DNA of 64,000 nucleotides, taken from NCBI GenBank assembly GCA_951406725.2, contig OX597818.1, forward strand, positions 125,984,001-126,048,000, written 5' to 3'. Position numbers and translations under genes: made by a program. Position 1 is the stretch's first letter; the number at the start of each line of letters is the position of its first letter. The DNA is from Octopus vulgaris. Its lineage: Eukaryota. Below the pieces are notes generated by a model. That model searched no databases. It worked only from the letters and a program-made list of their open reading frames with translations, and was not told the DNA's origin. Below, piece after piece: positions 55,942-64,000 of this stretch.

Positions 55942-56887
55942 AATTGGACCTGGGCGATCATTGTATTCTTTCTTGTCTTGAAGTTCACAGCCAAACGGCT
56001 GGGTGGATTCGCGTGGAAAAATGACACACATGTTGAGACGGGTGCATAGAGTGGAATGCAGTTTGTATCTTTTTCCTAAACCCCAGACTTACCGAGAAAA
56101 TCGATAAAAGCTTTTCTAATGGAATTTCCCTGTTTCTTTTCCGCCATTAAAACAACCAGTTGCTCACACAGCTGACATATACCATTTCGCTAGCAACAAG
56201 GTGAGTACAGGATGACAGTCAGCCAAAACTTTCGCTATGCTGTCTCTCTTCTGTCACCTCTTTGTGGGGTTAATAACCTTAATCTTTAGTTACAGTTTCT
56301 CATTCAAACTACATAATAGGCAGAATTGTCAGATTAAGGCAGTAGGGTGTTTTGAGGGAGATTTGGCTGCTATTTCTACCAGGCCTAGCTACCATGTAGA
56401 GGTCAGAACTTAATTTTCATTCACATATTTGCATTTCAAAAATTTAGCATATTCTGTTCCATAAATCAACTATCGTAAAAATACGCACACACGTCCATTT
56501 CATATATCTTCTTTCAATTTCTGTTCCCTGCAAATAAATTTTTTACGGATACAGCTGCTTACAAAAATAGCGATTAATGTATAAAATCTTTCTATGTTCA
56601 TAATTAAAACAATGATTTAATGATTATACAGAGGTCCAATAAAATAGCTATCAGAAACAGACTACGTAAAAATTCGTTCTTCACAACTTCTGAGGCTGTT
56701 TTATGACAAGGGCGGTGGGGTAGGAGTCAGGAAATTTTCATACAGCTGGAGGCTCCAATCGAAACAGGGAACCCGAAATGATAAGGTTGAGAAACGGTGT
56801 TATAGATTATGCCTAACCGAAAACGATCACAGCTACATCATCCAAACAGACCAGGTGAAACCGGACTTAGCTGCTAGTATGCATACA

Positions 56888-56931
<44 letters not shown>

Positions 56932-57747
56932 TATATATATGCATATATATATATACATAGATATATACAAATATACATACATATATATATAATAAATATA
57001 TATATATATATGTATATATACTAGATGAACAGCCCGTCGTTGCCGGGCAATTTTTACAATAGTATGCCTTCTATAAATTTTTCTTTATTCTATATCATAC
57101 CATGGAATATCGTCCCAGACAGATAGCCCTCTTAATCGGGACAGATTCGTGCAATTATTCGCAAAAATACTTCACTGTTTCACATGACATTATTCATTAA
57201 AACTTATTAAAACTTCAGAGGCTCTTACAAATTTGGTCGTCCTATGCTTTGCTTTCGTTTGTTTAATAATGATCCCTGCTTGTAATGATTTTGCATTCAT
57301 TTTGTGATAGACACGTTTCATGTAGAAAATGCTAACTTCCAAATCTTGACTTATGATTAGGTAAAATTGATTAAACTTTAAACCTCAGTAACACCTTTCT
57401 GCAATATTTCTGGAACAAATAAATAACAAAATGAAATTTAACTTGGAAAATTATTTCAATATATCAAATTTTTGAGATACCCAAAATGAGAGAAAAAATT
57501 ATTTCTAATAAAGATTCATCATAATCATAAAAAACAGTCAGAGCAATTAGAATATGAAAATAATTGTTGAAAAAATACGTTCTAGATATAAATTTATCTT
57601 AATCAAGTATATAAAAAAAATAGAAAGATGTTGAATTACAATTAGATTTAATAGAAAATTGGATTCAATAATTACATACATACATACATACATACATGTA
57701 TATATATACATATATATATACATATATATATACATACATATATATAC

Positions 57748-57778
<31 letters not shown>

Positions 57779-57849
57779 CATACATATATATACATATATA
57801 TACAGACATACATATATATACATGCATATATATATATATACTCTTTTAC

Positions 57850-58243
57850 TCTTTTACTCTTTTACTTGTTTCAGTCATTTGACTGCGGCCATGCTGGAGC
57901 ACCGCCTTTAGTCGAGCAACTCGACCCCGGGACTTATTCTTTGTAAGCCCAGTATTCTATCGGTCTCTTTTGCCGAACCGCTAAGTGACGGGGACATAAA
58001 CACACCAGTATCGGTTGTCAAGCAATTCTAAGGGGACAAACACAGACACACAAACACACACGCACACACACACATATATATATACATATATACGACGGGC
58101 TTCTTTCAGTTTCCGTCTACCAAATCCACTCACAAGGCTTTGGTCGGCCTGAGACTATAGTAGAAGACACTTGCCCAAGGTGCCACGCAGTGGGACTGAA
58201 CCCGGAACCATGAGGTTGGTAAGCAAGCTACTTACCACACAGC

Positions 58244-58246
<3 letters not shown>
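57850..58246 (-). mobile_element. Near full-length tRNA-derived SINE with internal microsatellite
   Basis: Head as at 18903, internal (GT)n, tail (GAGTAAAA)n on the minus strand; a related copy lies at ~62450-62900 (+). Confidence 0.85.
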
Positions 58247-58283
<37 letters not shown>

Positions 58284-58642
58284 CATACATACATACATAC
58301 ATACATACATACATACATACATACAAGCCTTGAAGCGGCCCCTCTGTCTGTCTCTTCTTTGTAGGGTCTTCCTTGTTGCTGTTACATATTGTGAAATTTT
58401 AAAATCACATCAAAATCTCCGAGCTTCTGAAATGTTAATAAGTTTTAAGGAATAACGTCATGTGAAACAGCAAAACAGATATGTAATTAATTTTAAAAAG
58501 AAAAAGGCTCTCAAGGAAGAGTTTTTGCGAAAAATTGAACAAATCTGTCTGGGAAGATATTCCATGGTCTGATATGGAATAAACTAAAATTTATATAAGG
58601 CATTCTAAAGTAAAATTTACCCGGCAACGACGGGTTGTTCAG

Positions 58643-58677
<35 letters not shown>

Positions 58678-58681
58678 ATAT

Positions 58682-58713
<32 letters not shown>

Positions 58714-58900
58714 TATATAAAAGGGCTTAGTAAAATAAATTACTTTGCCGCATACTGAACTCATTAGAAATAGCAGCCAAAAAACTTTTTTAAAGCTATT
58801 TCTAATACTTAAAGAAAATCTCTCTCATATATAGCGTTTGCTTAATTCAACTCACAAAAGTTTGGGGGTAAGGACATTAAAAAATCAAATGCTAAGGTTA

Positions 58901-58956
58901 TTTGAGAACGTACGTTTCAAGATTAGTCAAAACAACACTTCTATCTTCAGCTCAAA
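58901..58956 (-). ncRNA. Type I hammerhead ribozyme, 545-bp unit
   Basis: Reverse complement of 59643-59698. Confidence 0.82.
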
Positions 58957-59642
58957 AACTCCTTGGTTTGGATTTGGAAACACTGAAAGTAAGAACATAC
59001 CCTTTCGAAGATCCGCTCGTAACTAACAGTGCCAACAAACCCAAATAAGCAAGCGAAGAATTTCTGTTCTCCCCTTTCCACCAGCGTGGGTTAAAATCAT
59101 CAAACGCTATGCTTATTTCGGTAAAATCCGAAGCATTAACGTACGTTCTCAAATAACCTTAGCATTTGATTTTTTAATGTCCTTACCCCCAAACTTTTGT
59201 GAGTTGAATTAAGCAAACGCTATATATGAGAGAGATTTTCTTTAAGTATTAGAAATAGCTTTAAAAAAGTTTTTTGGCTGCTATTTCTAATGAGTTCAGT
59301 ATGCGGCAAAGTAATTTATTTTACTAAGCCCTTTTATATAATGTAATAATTTGAATTCGCCTTAAATGGTCCCTTTGCATACTGAACACTTGGTGAAATT
59401 GATTAATAATTAATTAATTTTACCCTCAATTGTTGAAATTATAATTAATCTCCCTCTAATTAATGCTTCGGATTTTACCGAAATAAGCATAGCGTTTGAT
59501 GATTTTAACCCACGCTGGTGGAAAGGGGAGAACAGAAATTCTTCGCTTGCTTATTTGGGTTTGTTGGCACTGTTAGTTACGAGCGGATCTTCGAAAGGGT
59601 ATGTTCTTACTTTCAGTGTTTCCAAATCCAAACCAAGGAGTT

Positions 59643-59698
59643 TTTGAGCTGAAGATAGAAGTGTTGTTTTGACTAATCTTGAAACGTACGTTCTCAAA
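59643..59698 (+). ncRNA. Type I hammerhead ribozyme, 545-bp unit
   Basis: TTTGAG-CTGAAGA-t-AGA...TCT-t-GAAA-CGTACG-TT^CTCAAA; 6-bp stem I, palindromic stem III. Confidence 0.82.
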
Positions 59699-59980
59699 TA
59701 ACCTTAGCCTTTGATTTTTTAATGTCCTTACCCCCAAACTTTTGTGAGTTGAATTAAGCAAACGCTATATATGAGAGAGATTTTCTTTAAGTATTAGAAA
59801 TAGCTTTAAAAAAGTTTTTTGGCTGCTATTTCTAATGAGTTCAGTATGCGGCAAAGTAATTTATTTTACTAAGCCCTTTTATATAATGTAATAATTTGAA
59901 TTCGCCTTAAATGGTCCCTTTGCATACTGAACACTTGGTGAAATTGATTAATAATTAATTAATTTTACCCTCAATTGTTG

Positions 59981-60043
<63 letters not shown>

Positions 60044-60219
60044 GTTGTATACTCTCAATCTAACAAGAACGTGACAGTAGGGGGTACACCACCGCTGTAT
60101 AGCCCTAGGAAGCATCGAACGCCTCCTGATAGCTTTGACATATTTTTTCCCTGTGTCCTTATATATATATATATATATATATTATATACAGATACATATA
60201 TACTACTTAAATATACTTA

Positions 60220-60289
<70 letters not shown>

Positions 60290-60341
60290 GATGTAGTACG
60301 AAACGATCGTACCAAATTACCGGAATCATTCTTGTTGCTTA

Positions 60342-60388
<47 letters not shown>

Positions 60389-60957
60389 GTATCTATGTAC
60401 GTACACATTCGTATTTACACCGGCTCAAATTGTTGAATAATATTTACAGAGTAAACGGGCTTTCTTTGTCGAGAACATTAAAGCAGACTTCTGTTATTCC
60501 AATATATATAACCAGATGTTAATTCGTGCTTATTTGTTCATGTGTTTTGTTTTAGAGTATCATACACCGTTTTATTGAAATTGACTTAACACTCATATCT
60601 ATAAATATAGGTATATATGAATGCTCAGATATATTTATAACTGTGTGAGTCTGTGTCAGTGTGTCTGTGTGTTTGTACATGGGCAGATATAATATATATA
60701 TATGTATATGTATTATAATATATGCGTGTATATATATGTGTGTGTACGTATGCGTGTGTACACATTGCTGTCCACAAATGAAAATGCTTATAAGTGTATT
60801 TATATGTAGATGTATATTTAATGTGCATATATATATGTATAACATTTACATATATGTAATGGCATATATATATATTTATATGCATATATATAAATATATA
60901 TATATATACATATATACACATTCATATACAAATGTACATATATACATATATATATGT

Positions 60958-61007
<50 letters not shown>

Positions 61008-61098
61008 TTGTTTATATATATATAGATTTGTGTTTATATATATGTATATATATGCATATATATATATGTATATATATATATATGTATATATTTATATA

Positions 61099-61135
<37 letters not shown>

Positions 61136-61622
61136 GTATATATATGTGTATATATATATATGTGTGTGTGTGTGTATGTGTTTGTGTGTGTGTGTGTGTT
61201 TCACAGGATTGCGTCAGTGAGGGTGCTGTAAGTTGGAGAAACATGTTCGGCCGTCATACAAATATGGCAAATATTCTCGCTTTCTCTCACACCTCACTTT
61301 GCCTCTCACACTTTCTTTATAACCTCCTCTGTCTATGTACGTACATATACATATTTTGAATATGCTCGTATATACCCACCTTTAATATATGTGTGTATGG
61401 ATCGATGTGTTTGTGCATGCGTGTGTGTGTGTGCGTATGTGTGTAGATATGCTTTCACATGTGCACGCATTATATTTAGCCCAATATGTACTTAATATGT
61501 ATTTTTCATGTAGATATACATACATTCCACGCATATATATTTGCATAAATGCACAAATGCATATGCATATATATATATATATATATATTCATACATACAT
61601 ATATATACACAAATATATATAC

Positions 61623-61673
<51 letters not shown>

Positions 61674-61720
61674 CACATATATGTATATATACATATGTAT
61701 ATATGTATATACACGCATAT

Positions 61721-61759
<39 letters not shown>

Positions 61760-62449
61760 CACGCATATATATATATATATGCATATATGTATAGGTATAT
61801 CTTTGTATATATACATATGTAGTTATATATATGTATATAGATAGATACATACATACATACATACATATATACACGCGCATATGTCGCCATACATACAAAG
61901 GCATTTACCCATAACTACTTACGTTCATTAATACAGCATACCATGTCGACAACTAAAACTGTTTATATAAAATATAGTGAAATATATATAAGAAAAATAG
62001 CAAACTGCAACGGCATCAAAAACAGAAACAACAACAACAACACCACAACCAACAACAACATAACAATTATTCAAAACATACACGATGTGAACGATAATGA
62101 CAAGACAAACAACAACGAGATGAAGACGTGACACACAAAATGGTGAAATTCAAAATAGCTTAACAAATAATGGATAACATTATTCGCCGTCTTATACTGC
62201 TTCAGTCCATATTCTTCTGTGTCATTCCTGTCTTTGCCTTCTGTTTTCTGTTATAACCATTTCACTGGAAGAGAGCATGTGGCTGTGTAAAGTATCTCGG
62301 TGTGTATTGTGTGTGTAATATGTGTGATGTTGTTTAGCCCTGGGTCGTAGCTGCCCTACAAGACGAATGACATTCCAGATTTGACGTTCATTTCTTTTAT
62401 CCTCTGAAAATCATGCCGGTGGGGGGAAATTTATTATAATCTATTTATG

Positions 62450-62616
62450 CAGTAAGAAGCTTGCTTCCCGCAACCATATGTATTCTGGTTCAGGCCTACA
62501 GCGTGGCACCTTGGACAAGTGTCTTCAATTATAGCCCCAAGCCGACCAGTGGCTTGTGAATGAATTTGGTAGACGGAAACTGAAAAAACTTCGTCGTGTG
62601 TATGTGTGAGAGTGTA

Positions 62617-62672
<56 letters not shown>

Positions 62673-62900
62673 GAGTGAGAGAGTGAGTGTATGTATGTGT
62701 GTGTGTCTTTGCATTTGTGTCTCTCTCCCCTCCGCTTGACAACCGGTGCAGGTTTGTTTACATGCCCGTCACCTAACGGTTCGGCAATAATGTCCGATAT
62801 AAGAAGTACCAAACTTATATTCAAAATAAGTAACAAAAATCCTTCACGAAGATGCCCAGCATGGCCGCCGTCCAATTATTGAAACAAGTAAAAGATAAAC
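62450..62900 (+). mobile_element. tRNA-derived SINE with internal microsatellite
   Basis: Diverged copy of the 57850-58246 family. Confidence 0.75.
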
Positions 62901-63369
62901 GATAAAAAATATTTTTTATATTATATAATACTCTCCTCGTTATTTATGCAATACTATCATACAATACTATACTTTTGTTACATATGTTTTATATTTCAGA
63001 AAAACACCACTAGTAAAAAATGTGTCCCCTAAATAGCACACTATAATTTGGCTTCTCCTTTCTTATCCGTCCAATCTTAGATCAACTACCCAGGTTCGTC
63101 TGGGCAGCTCTCGATATGAACGACACAGCAGCTGGCTGATCATCCTGGAATTCTCGAGCTTGCAGCAGTCAAATAGAGGAATAGTTCGGATGTTGTGGTT
63201 ATGAATATAGTTATGAAGTATATTAAGGCTTTTGTAGATGGGAAGTCTGAGGGATAGATAATATGGTAGAAAAGAGAACATTAAGAAGCCAGTTCTATAC
63301 ATACATATATATACACACCACTTTCAAGGTTATGTGTTTGCCATCCATGAACAGGAAATATTAACTAAA

Positions 63370-64000
63370 AACCTGATACACAGAAAAGACAGGGACACAG
63401 GAAAAGCAGTAAGATGTGACAACCGAAGCAGCCTTTGTGGAGTTAACACCAAAGATATTACCCACATCATAAGCAGTTCTTCGAAAATGTCATCGCGGTA
63501 TGAGACATGATGTAGCTAGGACACTGTACAACGAGATCCGACGAAAGGATAACCCCGAGGACAAAGAAATGAGAACTCACAGTATGGTGGAAGCCATAGC
63601 CACTCATAATAAAAATGAGTACTGAAGACCTCAATAAAAGTTAAGCACAACAGACCTGATATAATGATTTGGGATAAGGAAGAATAAATTGTACAGTTGT
63701 GAAAATCAGCTGCCCAGCGGATGTTAAAATAAAGCTGAAGATCAGTGAAAACGAGAACACCTACTGAGAAATCTACAGTTACTCCATCTAGATTACAAGT
63801 CCAGGTTTATACCTGTAATTATTGGTGCTGCCTAAATACCAATCTTGAGAAATTAGTCTTCTCAAAACTAGAATGGAGGAAACTGATTCGAAGACCCCAG
63901 ATCTAAGCCATCAATAGAAATATAAAAAATGTGTAAAACTTTCCAGAAGTTTATCATTTAAGTATATATGAACATGTCTAGATATGCAATATATGCATGA
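63370..64000 (+). mobile_element. Decayed R4/Dong-like LINE 3' (RLE) fragment
   Basis: 63483-64000 aligns by eye with 27202-27783. Confidence 0.8.

Larger units (their letters stand above)
58692..59988. mobile_element. Second retrozyme-like multimer: 545-bp unit, ~0.8 inverted copy plus ~1.6 tandem copies
   Basis: 59148 and 59693 are equivalent positions; 58692-59139 is the reverse complement of part of the unit; (TA)n on both sides. Confidence 0.8.

Overview
AT-rich, microsatellite-saturated animal genomic DNA, most likely octopus (inferred from its tRNA-derived SINE families). I can support no host protein-coding gene; almost all ORF-track entries are translated (TA)n/(CA)n/(TACA)n/(CAA)n tracts. 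The window holds decayed mariner transposons, non-autonomous Helitrons, RLE-type LINE fragments, SINEs and one young 5'-truncated Penelope-like element (PLE; RT plus C-terminal GIY-YIG, Naiad-like) with an inverted 3' duplicate. The main signal is about 20 hammerhead-ribozyme (HHR) motifs from at least eight repeat families. Most lie in head-to-head inverted insertions abutting (TA)n. Two are non-coding multimers with one HHR per unit: a 533-bp unit in about 7.3 near-identical copies (12283-16155) and a 545-bp unit (58692-59988). Both resemble retrozymes, i.e. reverse-transcribed self-cleaving or circular RNAs that probably use a PLE enzyme, and both inversion junctions lie within 3-10 nt of the predicted cleavage site. 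One motif (31446-31507) has all hammerhead core parts and three helices in a strand order that is none of types I/II/III. All pairings were read by eye; activity is untested.
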